Below, in pieces: positions 47,743 through 56,148 of a DNA stretch of 64,000 bases. The notes under the pieces are model-generated. The model worked only from the letters and a program-made list of their open reading frames with translations. It was not told the origin of the DNA and made no database searches. Positions within the stretch are counted from its first letter, which is position 1. The number at the start of each line of letters is the position of its first letter. Both the position numbers and the translations under genes were made by a program. The stretch comes from an uncultured Eubacteriales bacterium (GTDB lineage: Bacteria; Bacillota; Clostridia; Oscillospirales; Acutalibacteraceae): assembly GCA_910580045.1 (NCBI GenBank), contig CAJTXF010000004.1, forward strand, positions 7,346-71,345, in the 5' to 3' direction.

Positions 47743-47783
47743 TCCGGCAAGTTGGGAAACGCCCCGTTTCCCAACTTGCCGGA
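47743..47783. repeat. Perfect 19-bp inverted repeat with a 3-nt loop
   Basis: TCCGGCAAGTTGGGAAACG-CCC-CGTTTCCCAACTTGCCGGA. Confidence 0.95.
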
Positions 47784-47855
47784 GAAGGCGGACCGTACCA
47801 CTGGGCGTTGGGCCCTAAGCGTTCCCGGGAGATGCCGCTATATAGCTATGGGCCG

Positions 47856-49325
47856 TCAGATTTGGCCGGTTTGGCTCCGCCTTTTTCGTAAAGTATACTC
47901 TCTGAAAGAAAGCGGCTTTGCACGCTTATCTTTCAAAAAGTATACCAAAATAGTATAGCATCTTTTTTTCAGGCCGTCAACCTGGAAAATCCAGCACTCT
48001 GCCCCTTTCGCAAACCGCAAACTCATACACCCCATCCACGTGGTCAATGCTTGCTTCCCGCAGGCCCCGCAGCACTGAAAGCATCTATCCATATTAAAGG
48101 CCACCCGGGGCAGATATCCCAAATCCTCCAGCAGCGTGAACAGCGGGAAGAATATTGCCATAGGCGGCAGCATCACGGCCACCACCCAGGCCAAGGTCTT
48201 ATATATCCCGTCACACAGCAGGCCTGTCAGCCATTCTGCCGCGCCCAGGCTGGTCAGGAAGCCTTTCAGCCAATCTCCCAGCCAGAACAGGCCCTCGCTC
48301 AGCAGCCGGGAGGGATAATTGGCCCCGGCAACGGTGAGCCAGAAAATGCCCAGCAGCAACAGCAGCATGACTGGGATGCCTGTCAGGGGGCTGGTCAAAA
48401 CCCAATCGATTTTCCTGTCCCGGCGGCTGTACCCAGCAGCGGAATTCTTTGTCACCGCCCGGGCAATCTCCTCCCCCCGGCGGACAGTGCAGGCGGCCAT
48501 CTCGTCCCGCAGGCGCTGGCTGTCCGGGCCAATCTCAGCCAAAATGGCGGACACCTCCGGGTCTTTGGCAGGCTCTGTGCCCAGGGCAATGCTCAGGGAG
48601 CGGGTCAGGCTCTCATCCACTCCATCCAGGAGCTTTACCGCCAGCCAGCGGGGCGCAATTTTCCCTGCGCTCAGGCGTGTACAGGCAGGCATCAGCCGGG
48701 CAATCAGCGCTTCCGCTTCCGGGCCATAGCTGACAGGGGGCGCTTTTCTGGGGGGCGGCTCCTCTGCCGCCGCCTGTTCCAGGCTGTCCATCAGCGAGTC
48801 CAGGCCCTCCCCTGCCCGGGCGGAGGCACCCACCACCGGGGCTTCCAGCAGGCGGGAGAGGGCGGGCAAATCTACCTCCACCCCCTTGCGCCGGGCCTCG
48901 TCCAGCAGGTTGACGCAGACCACTGTGCGGGGGGTGATTTCCAACACCTGGAGGGCCAGGTTCAGGTTGCGCTCCAGGCAGGTGGCGTCGCAGACCACAG
49001 CAGCGCAGTCCACGCCCCCAAAGCAGAGGAAGTCCCGGGCAGCCTCCTCCTCAGCGGAGTGGGCCTGCAGGGAATAACAGCCGGGCAAATCCACCAGCAC
49101 ATAGCCTTGGCCCTTGTGAGTGCAGCAGCCCTGGGCGTTGGTGACGGTCTTCCCTGGCCAATTTCCTGTATGCTGATGTAAGCCAGTTAAAGCATTAAAC
49201 ACTGTGCTTTTGCCTACATTGGGATTACCGCACAGGGCTGCTACTCTGTCAGAGGCGTCGCGCTTATGGATGACCAATTCTGTCTCCGCTGCCCGGAGGC
49301 CGGTGGAATCCTTAGAGAGCCCCAT
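47856..49325 (-). pseudogene. feoB: Ferrous iron transporter FeoB, C-terminally truncated
   Basis: G1 GNPNVGKS, GNWPG.TV, DLPG.YSL and LEDLGYLPR motifs. Homology ends at CGKQALTTWMG (about 48030) and the ORF then runs through the nhaC promoter. Confidence 0.8.
47952..47980 (-). promoter_or_regulatory. Sigma-A promoter for nhaC-larC
   Basis: TTGACG-17 nt-TATACT with extended TG. Confidence 0.7.
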
Positions 49326-49623
49326 AGTCTGCCTCCCGCGGCGGCAAGGACAGTCCCTCCTCACCAGCCGCAAAAGCCGGGCCTATGGCAATACTGTCCG
49401 CGTCTGCCCGGCGCAGGGCGATTACCGCGCCCCGAATCAGATAGGCCCAGGGCTCGCCCAGGGCGCTGGGGCCAAGGCACTCCACCTGGGTGCCGGTGAT
49501 AAGGCCCAAATCCTGAAAGCGCCTGCGCATGGCCCCTTGAGCCAAGAGAGCGTCCACCCGGGCGGCCTGGCCCCGGCCCAGGGCCGACAGGCGGCTTTGG
49601 TGCTTGTCATCTATTGGAAACAT
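49312..49623 (-). CDS. feoA: Ferrous iron transport protein A
   Basis: MRRRFQDLGL..GT, S.LGEP.AY.IRGAVIALR motifs; precedes feoB. Confidence 0.9.
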   Translation of the reverse strand: MFPIDDKHQSRLSALGRGQAARVDALLAQGAMRRRFQDLGLITGTQVECLGPSALGEPWAYLIRGAVIALRRADADSIAIGPAFAAGEEGLSLPPREADYGAL

Positions 49624-49734
49624 GATTTCATCAGCTCCTGAATAAATATAGAAACAGCAAGTTGCCAAAAGGAAAATTTCTTTCCTGATACCAATATATT
49701 CCCTGCGTACAAACCTGTGACAGGAGGGAACGGG

Positions 49735-50160
49735 ATGAACGACGGATTTTACACACTGAAAGGGTACACTCTCATGGAGCATGGCCTGCTCACTGCTGCC
49801 ATGGAGGACTATTTGGAGATGATTTACCGGATGCGCCAAGAGGAGCAAGAGGTGGTGCGGGTATCCGCGCTGGCCGCGGCTTTGCATGTCCAGCCCTCAT
49901 CCGCCTCTAAGATGGCGGGGAATCTCCGGGCCCAGGAGCTGGTTCATTTCCCCCGATACGGCTACATCAGCCTGACAGAAACAGGAATGCAGGTGGGAAA
50001 GTACCTTCTCCGCCGCCATGAGCTGGTCCACCGGCTGCTGTGCGAAATCAACGGCAGCGGCGGGGAGCTGGCTGAGTGTGAGAAGATTGAGCATTTCCTC
50101 TCCCCCAGGACAGTGGAAAACCTAGGGGCCTTTTTGGACAGGCTGCATTCAGGCAGCTAG
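49735..50160 (+). CDS. DtxR/MntR family metal-dependent transcriptional regulator
   Basis: MEDYLEMIYR, LHVQPSSASKM, LT..G...G.YLL.RH and EKIEHFLS motifs; divergent from feoA. Confidence 0.9.
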   Translation: MNDGFYTLKGYTLMEHGLLTAAMEDYLEMIYRMRQEEQEVVRVSALAAALHVQPSSASKMAGNLRAQELVHFPRYGYISLTETGMQVGKYLLRRHELVHRLLCEINGSGGELAECEKIEHFLSPRTVENLGAFLDRLHSGS

Positions 50161-50198
50161 AAGCAGAGAAAAGGCGGTGGCTTCCCTGTTCAAACCAG

Positions 50199-50255
50199 CC
50201 CGCATACGCAGAAACCCCGCCGGAACTTTTCCTCGTTCCAACGGGGTCTGTGTTT
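50199..50255. terminator. Terminator-like hairpin between convergent genes
   Basis: CAGAAACCCCG.CGGAAC ... GTTCC..CGGGGTCTG followed by TGTTT. Confidence 0.5.
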
Positions 50256-50314
50256 ATAAATCAACGGTCTTCAGGGCCTATGCCTGCACGGGAGGCACTG
50301 CCTTTGGGGTAGAA

Positions 50315-51313
50315 TCATCGGCTGCCCGGGCCAGATTCCGCACCGCAGACACGGCGACGGATTTCCCTAAGGTGCAGCTCCAGCTTTGCCCGCAGGTTCA
50401 CCAGCCAGTCAGGCTCTAAGGCAGGTCTGCTGGTCAGACCGCGGTAGACTCCGGCATATCCGAACAAATCCACAAACCGGCCCATCAGCGGCCGCAGCGC
50501 CTCCATCTCCTGGGTATACGCCCGCTCTTCCCCATAACCCCGGAGGAATTCGCCAGCAGCATCCAGCCCGGCGGGAATGGGAAGCTGCTGCAGGGAATCA
50601 AGAGCCTGCTCCACGTCCAGGGCATACCAGTGGTACATCCCGTCATCAAAATCTATGACGCTGCATGTTTTGGTTTTCTGCTCAAAGAATACATTGTCAG
50701 GCTCAAAGTCATAGTGCACCAGGCCAAAGGTATCTGCACTTTGGGGAAGCTGGCGCAGCTCTGCTTCCAGCTTTTTCACCGCGTCAATCATGTCTTCGGG
50801 CCCCTGGTGGTGTGTCAGCGTGTCAGCTGCCCAATGAAGGGCGTCCTCCCAGCTCCATTTGGGAATTGTAGGCTGAAACTCCGCTGACAGGCTGTGCAGC
50901 CGCCCCAGGCTTCTGCCATAGGCCCGCACAAGCTCTCCTGTCAGAGGCAAATCCTCAATGGGCTCACCAGGAACAGCCCGAAAGGCAGAGGCAAACCAGC
51001 GCCCCCATTGGGTATCTAGAGCCAGGCACAGGCTTCCGTCCTCAGCGGGCAGGGGCTCTAAGGCAGGATAGCCTCTGCCGCGCAGGTACTGGATAAATTC
51101 CAGCTCGCCCCGCAGGTTCTGCTCCCGTTTTTCGCTGGCCGGAGCCAGGCGGAGAAAGCAGAGCCCCTGCTCCGCTGAAAAGGGGTACACCGCGTTGGAT
51201 GATATGCGGAACCGGGAGAGCTGCTCATCGCTGGCAGGCAGGGCACAGGGCCAGTTCCCCAGGGCCTCCCGGGCCAGCTGGTAGTTTTCAAAAAGATGTT
51301 CCAGTTTCATCAT
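50315..51313 (-). CDS. APH/choline-kinase-like phosphotransferase (YerI/AmiN-like)
   Basis: GLVHYDFEPDN (Brenner motif), VIDFDD and G..LGRLH motifs. Confidence 0.85.
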   Translation of the reverse strand: MMKLEHLFENYQLAREALGNWPCALPASDEQLSRFRISSNAVYPFSAEQGLCFLRLAPASEKREQNLRGELEFIQYLRGRGYPALEPLPAEDGSLCLALDTQWGRWFASAFRAVPGEPIEDLPLTGELVRAYGRSLGRLHSLSAEFQPTIPKWSWEDALHWAADTLTHHQGPEDMIDAVKKLEAELRQLPQSADTFGLVHYDFEPDNVFFEQKTKTCSVIDFDDGMYHWYALDVEQALDSLQQLPIPAGLDAAGEFLRGYGEERAYTQEMEALRPLMGRFVDLFGYAGVYRGLTSRPALEPDWLVNLRAKLELHLREIRRRVCGAESGPGSR

Positions 51314-51374
51314 AGGTTTGTTTTCCTCCAAGCAAGAATTGGCCGGAAAACAGAAACGCATTCAGATTGCCGCC

Positions 51375-51434
51375 TTAGGGCCTCAGCCAGAGAGCGGCTG
51401 CTTTTCCGTGTATCCGGAAACTAATTTTACGCAT
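51375..51434 (-). CDS. Putative 19-aa leader peptide upstream of the phosphotransferase
   Basis: GGAGGTGA RBS then ATG: MRKISFRIHGKAAALWLRP*. Lies between a promoter and the kinase RBS hairpin. Confidence 0.65.
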   Translation of the reverse strand: MRKISFRIHGKAAALWLRP

Positions 51435-51458
51435 ACGCTCACCTCCATTTCGCAATGT

Positions 51459-51488
51459 ATTGTAGCATAGCAGGACAGGGGCTGTCAA
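51459..51488 (-). promoter_or_regulatory. Sigma-A promoter for leader plus phosphotransferase
   Basis: TTGACA-18 nt-TACAAT with extended TG. Confidence 0.75.
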
Positions 51489-51678
51489 GGCAGAAAGGCT
51501 GCAAAATGGGAGTGCTCGTTCCGAGGGGTTTTTCACGTTCCTCCGCCCGCAGGGCGGGGGAACACAGATGATTATCTCTGTGGCTTGGACAATCCCCTGC
51601 AAAATCCAGTGCTTGCACTTTCCCATTCTTTGTGGTATGATGTGGAGCGCCATAAGTCTTTGCGAAGGAAGCGTTAAT

Positions 51679-52099
51679 ATGAAAATCATCAAGGAATTCA
51701 AAGAGTTTATTTCCCGGGGAAATGTGATTGACATGGCTGTGGGCGTCATTATTGGCGGCGCGTTCACGGGCATTGTCAATTCGCTGGTAGACGACATCTT
51801 CATGCCCGTGCTGGGCCTGCTCACCGGCGGTATGAGCTTTGCCTCCCTGGCCATACAAATCGGCCCCCGGGAGGAGGATGTGCTGCGCTATGGGGCGTTT
51901 ATTGCGGCAGCAGTAAACTTCCTGCTCATTGCCCTGGTGCTGTTCTCGCTTATCAAGGCCATGAACAAGCTGCACAATAAAGAAGGAGGAGACCCCCGAG
52001 GCCCCTGCTCCCACTGTAAAGCTCTGCCCTTTCTGCCGGTCAGAGATTGCTGCTGACGCTGTGCGCTGCCCTTACTGCACGTCAGAAATTGATGGTTGA
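51679..52099 (+). CDS. mscL: Large-conductance mechanosensitive channel with a C-terminal Zn-ribbon, apparent +1 frameshift near 51979-51981
   Basis: EFKEFISRGNVIDMAVGVIIG and YGAFI...VNF motifs; the +1 frame continues KKEETPEAPAPTVKLCPFCRSEIAADAVRCPYCTSEIDG*. Confidence 0.9.
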
Positions 52100-52212
52100 A
52101 CTTCACGCCCGGTTGTGCTATGATGTACCATAGCCAGCCCAGCAGGAATGGGCTGGAAAGCGCGGGCCCGCCCAGCGGGCAAATCTTTTCCAAGGGATAA
52201 GAAGGGAATGGC

Positions 52213-53574
52213 ATGAAAATTGTAATTGTGGGCGACGGCAAAGTTGGCTGGGCCCTGACTGTCCAGCTGGCCAAAGAGGGCCACGATGTAGTGGTCATTG
52301 ACAATGACCGGCTGGTACTGGAAGAAGCCCAGAAGTCGCTGGATATCAGTGTGGTGCACGGCAACGGCGCCACCATCACCTCTCAGAACCAGGCCAATGT
52401 GGGGGGCAGCGATTTGCTGATTGCCGCCACCTCTGCGGACGAGACCAATCTGCTGTGCTGTATTACAGCGCACAAGCTGGGCTGTGCCCATACCATTGCC
52501 CGGGTGCGCAACCCGGAGTACTATGCTCAGCTCTATGAGTGGAAGGACGAGCTGGGGCTGTCCATGATGATTAACCCAGAGCTGGCCACTGCCAGCGAGA
52601 TTTTCCGGCTTCTGCAGTTCCCCAGCTTTCTCCGGCGGGACTCCTTTGCCAAGGGCCGGGTGGAGATTGTGGAGATTGAGCTCAAGAAGGACAGCTTTCT
52701 GGATGGATGCAGGCTGATGGAGTTCCAGAAAAAGGTGAAGGTCCAGGTGCTGGTCTGCGCTGTGCAGAGAGGCAACCAGGTCTTTATCCCTGACGGCAGC
52801 TTCCAGCTGCAGGGGGGCGACCGGCTTCATGTAACAGCCCCCAGTGGGAACCTGGCCAAGCTCATCCGCAACCTGGGCATGAGCCAGCGGAAAATCCGGG
52901 ACGTGCTGATTGTTGGGGGCAGCCGCATTGCCTTCTATCTGGCGGCTGAGCTGCTCAAGGCCGGGGTCAGCGTAAAGCTGATTGAGCGGGAGCAGGAGCG
53001 CTGCCACGAGCTCTCTGACGCCCTGCCCAAGGCCACTATCATAAACGCGGACGGCTCTGACCGGAACATCCTGGATACCGAGGGCCTGGCCCAGACTGAC
53101 GCGGTGGTCACCCTGACAGACTTTGACGAGGAGAACCTGATTATCTCCATGTACGCCAATTATCTGGGCGTCTACAAGGTCATCACCAAAATCAACCGGA
53201 CGGAGTTCAACGAGGCTCTTACCGGCAAAGGCATTGACTGCGTCATCAGCCCAAAAGAGCTGTGCACCGGCGACATTATGCGCTATGTGCGGGCCATGGG
53301 CAACCGCAAGGGGGGCTCTGTCACCACCCTGCACCGGATTGTGGAGGACCGGGTAGACGCGCTGGAGTTCCAGGTGGGCAAAGGGCTGTGGTTCCTGGGC
53401 CAGCCTTTGATGAAGCTGCGGCTGAAATCTGGTACTCTGCTGGCCTGCATCAACCGCAAGGGGCGCAGCATCATCCCTGGGGGCAGTGACACCATTGAAG
53501 CCGGGGACTCGGTTATCGTGGTTGCCACAGCGGACAGGGCCATCCATGATTTGAGCGACATTTTTCTGGATTAA
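52213..53574 (+). CDS. trkA: Trk system potassium uptake regulatory subunit
   Basis: Two RCK units: IVGDGKVG and IVGGSRIA; D.LIA.T..DE.N and IARVRNPEY motifs. Confidence 0.95.
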   Translation: MKIVIVGDGKVGWALTVQLAKEGHDVVVIDNDRLVLEEAQKSLDISVVHGNGATITSQNQANVGGSDLLIAATSADETNLLCCITAHKLGCAHTIARVRNPEYYAQLYEWKDELGLSMMINPELATASEIFRLLQFPSFLRRDSFAKGRVEIVEIELKKDSFLDGCRLMEFQKKVKVQVLVCAVQRGNQVFIPDGSFQLQGGDRLHVTAPSGNLAKLIRNLGMSQRKIRDVLIVGGSRIAFYLAAELLKAGVSVKLIEREQERCHELSDALPKATIINADGSDRNILDTEGLAQTDAVVTLTDFDEENLIISMYANYLGVYKVITKINRTEFNEALTGKGIDCVISPKELCTGDIMRYVRAMGNRKGGSVTTLHRIVEDRVDALEFQVGKGLWFLGQPLMKLRLKSGTLLACINRKGRSIIPGGSDTIEAGDSVIVVATADRAIHDLSDIFLD

Positions 53575-53667
53575 AGGTGGGGAGAGCCGTTCCGGCTCTT
53601 TTCCTGTTTCTTTCCCCTGCTACTATAACGATTCCCCGCCCAAGCGGGAAAAGTGAGGCTGACCAAA

Positions 53668-55116
53668 GTGAACCATAGAATGATTCTGTGTCTGATTTGC
53701 TACATCCTGCGGGTAGAGGCCATCTGCCTGCTGCCCTCTCTGGGAATCTCCCTGTTTCAGCAGGAGACCGCGGCGGCAGTGGGCACGGCCATCTCTGCAG
53801 GCGGGGCTGCTGTCCTGAGCCTGTCCACCTTTCTCTGCCCCCCAAAGGACCGGCAGATAGGCGCCCGGGAGGGATTCATCAGCGTGGCCCTGTGCTGGGT
53901 GGCGGTTTCGCTGATCGGGGCCCTGCCCTTCTTCCTCAGCGGCGCGGTGCCCAGCTATGTGGACTGTGTGTTTGAGACTGTATCCGGATTTACCACCACA
54001 GGGGCCAGCATTCTGACAGACATTGAGGCTCTGCCCATGGGCCTGCTGTACTGGCGGAGCTTCACCCACTGGCTGGGAGGCATGGGCGTGCTGGTGTTCC
54101 TGCTGGCCGTGATGCCCATGGGCAAGGGCAAGAACTCCCTGCTCCATGTGATGCGGGCAGAGAGCCCGGGCCCCCAGGTAGACAAGCTGGTGCCAAAACT
54201 TCAGGACAGCGCCAAAATCCTCTATGCCATTTACATCGGCCTGACCCTGCTGCAGGTCATCCTTCTGCTGGCAGGGGGGATGCCCTTGTTCGACGCTTTG
54301 ACCACTGCCTTCGGTACAGCAGGCACTGGCGGCTTTGCCATCAAAGGGGACAGCCTTATGGGATACAGCCGCTATCTCCAAGCTGTATGCACAGTGTTTA
54401 TGGCACTGTTTGGCATCAATTTCAGTGTTTTCTACCTGTTGCTGCTCAGGCAGTTTCTCAAGGTGCTGAAAAACCAGGAGCTGCTGCTTTACCTGGGCCT
54501 GATGCTGGGCAGCATCGCGGTGATTACCTGGGACATTCTGCCCATTTACCGCCAAGTGGGCGAGGCCCTGCACCAGGCAGCGTTTCAGGTGTCGTCCATT
54601 ATGACCACCACCGGCTTTGCTACTGCGGACTTCAACCAGTGGCCAGCGCTGTCAAAGACCCTACTGGTTCTGCTGATGTTTGTGGGCGCCTGTGCGGGCT
54701 CCACTGGCGGGGGCATGAAGGTGGCCCGGCTTCTGCTGCTGTGCAAGGCGGGGCGGCGCAGCGTGAAGCGGATGCTGCGGCCCCGCTCTGTGTCCCAGGT
54801 GCACATGGACGGCCAGGCGGTGAATGAGGAAACCCTGCAGAACACCTACAGCTATCTGGCAGTGTACATGGCCATTCTGGCTGTATCCATCCTGCTGGTA
54901 GCGGTGGATGAATTCTCTCTGGAGACCAATGCCACGGCGGTGATTGCCTGCCTGAACAACATTGGGCCTGGGCTGGACTTAGTAGGGCCCATGGGGAACT
55001 ATGCGGCATTCTCACCGCTGAGCAAGATTGTGCTGAGCTTCGACATGCTGGCCGGGCGGCTGGAGATATTCCCCATGCTGATGCTGTTTGTGCCCATGGC
55101 CTGGCACCGGACCTAA
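53668..55116 (+). CDS. trkH: Trk system potassium uptake membrane subunit
   Basis: FETVSGFTTTGAS, WLGGMG, GTAGTGGF, TTTGF, GSTGGGMK, NNIGPG and GRLE motifs. Confidence 0.95.
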   Translation: MNHRMILCLICYILRVEAICLLPSLGISLFQQETAAAVGTAISAGGAAVLSLSTFLCPPKDRQIGAREGFISVALCWVAVSLIGALPFFLSGAVPSYVDCVFETVSGFTTTGASILTDIEALPMGLLYWRSFTHWLGGMGVLVFLLAVMPMGKGKNSLLHVMRAESPGPQVDKLVPKLQDSAKILYAIYIGLTLLQVILLLAGGMPLFDALTTAFGTAGTGGFAIKGDSLMGYSRYLQAVCTVFMALFGINFSVFYLLLLRQFLKVLKNQELLLYLGLMLGSIAVITWDILPIYRQVGEALHQAAFQVSSIMTTTGFATADFNQWPALSKTLLVLLMFVGACAGSTGGGMKVARLLLLCKAGRRSVKRMLRPRSVSQVHMDGQAVNEETLQNTYSYLAVYMAILAVSILLVAVDEFSLETNATAVIACLNNIGPGLDLVGPMGNYAAFSPLSKIVLSFDMLAGRLEIFPMLMLFVPMAWHRT

Positions 55117-55127
55117 AAAATACAGAC

Positions 55128-55164
55128 AAAAAGCCGGGCGTGTGATTCGCCCGGCCTTCTTTTT
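55128..55164. terminator. Bidirectional terminator between trkH and ftsX
   Basis: AAAAAGCCGGGCG-TGTGATT-CGCCCGGCCTTCTTTTT. Confidence 0.8.
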
Positions 55165-55192
55165 GCTTTTTTCTGATTTTTTCTTGAAGGAG

Positions 55193-56110
55193 CTAAACGA
55201 TTGCGTTCTCGCCCTCTTTTTTCAGATATTTGCTGATGGAAATCACACCGCCCATAATGCCAAACAAGGTCCCTGCCAGCAGATAGATGCCGTACAGCCA
55301 CCAGACATAGCGCTGGATATCAATTAAGGTCACCAGGGTTACAAAGCTGTATACAGCCTCCATAATCCGGGCGTAGCCAAAATACAGCACAGTGGCTGAG
55401 ATGGCCCCGGACAGGATCCCTATCAGGACCCCCTCCACAATGAAGGGCACCCGGACAAAGCCGTTGGTGGCGCCCACAGACTTCATGATGTTGATTTCCA
55501 TTCTGCGGGAGAAAATGGTCACCTTCAAGGTGTTGGTGATGATGAACAGGGACACCACACCCAGCACCACCAGAATGCCCAGGCTGCAGTAGCGCACCAG
55601 CCGGTCAAAATTGCTCAGCATATTGGCCACTGAGCTCAAATCCGAGGTGTGGTCTACCCCCTCCACTCCTTGGATAGCGTCAATGGTCTGAGCGTAGAGG
55701 CTCAAGTCCTCCATGGAGATAAGATAGGCGTCTGGCAGGGGGTTATCCTGGCCCTGGAGGGCGTTGAACAAATCGTTGTCCTCCTTCCCATTCAGGCTTT
55801 GAATGGTTATCTTGAGGCCGTCATCCTTTGGCACGAACACACACTCGGTGATGTTGTCCAGCGCGCGGAGCTCCTCCCCCACCTTTACGGCAGTAAGCGG
55901 CGGCAGGCCCTCATTGAGATAGACATTGATGGTGTTGTTTGACTCAATGGAAGTCATTGTGGCACTCAGGTTGATAGACAGAAGCCCCGCCATCCCTGTC
56001 AAGAGCAGGCACGAAATCAGCACACAGACCGAGGCCAAACTCATGGTACGGTTCTTCCACAGCCCCTTCACACCCTCTTTGAATAGATATCCGATACTGT
56101 GTATTCCCAT
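55193..56110 (-). CDS. ftsX: Cell division permease FtsX
   Basis: EG.K.LWKNR.MS.AS, NPLPDAY and I.NT.K.TIFSRR.EI.IMK.VGAT..F.R.PF..EG motifs. Confidence 0.93.
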   Translation of the reverse strand: MGIHSIGYLFKEGVKGLWKNRTMSLASVCVLISCLLLTGMAGLLSINLSATMTSIESNNTINVYLNEGLPPLTAVKVGEELRALDNITECVFVPKDDGLKITIQSLNGKEDNDLFNALQGQDNPLPDAYLISMEDLSLYAQTIDAIQGVEGVDHTSDLSSVANMLSNFDRLVRYCSLGILVVLGVVSLFIITNTLKVTIFSRRMEINIMKSVGATNGFVRVPFIVEGVLIGILSGAISATVLYFGYARIMEAVYSFVTLVTLIDIQRYVWWLYGIYLLAGTLFGIMGGVISISKYLKKEGENAIV

Positions 56111-56148
56111 TTCCTTGTGCTTTCCTTTCCTTTTTCTATGCAGCCAGC

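Noticed and set aside
47810..47880. NiCo riboswitch upstream of nhaC-larC
   Set aside because: Only a short GC-rich resemblance; the conserved CUGAGCAGG core was not found.
52100..52212. c-di-AMP riboswitch upstream of trkA
   Set aside because: The leader is short, with only two small hairpins and none of the conserved ydaO elements.
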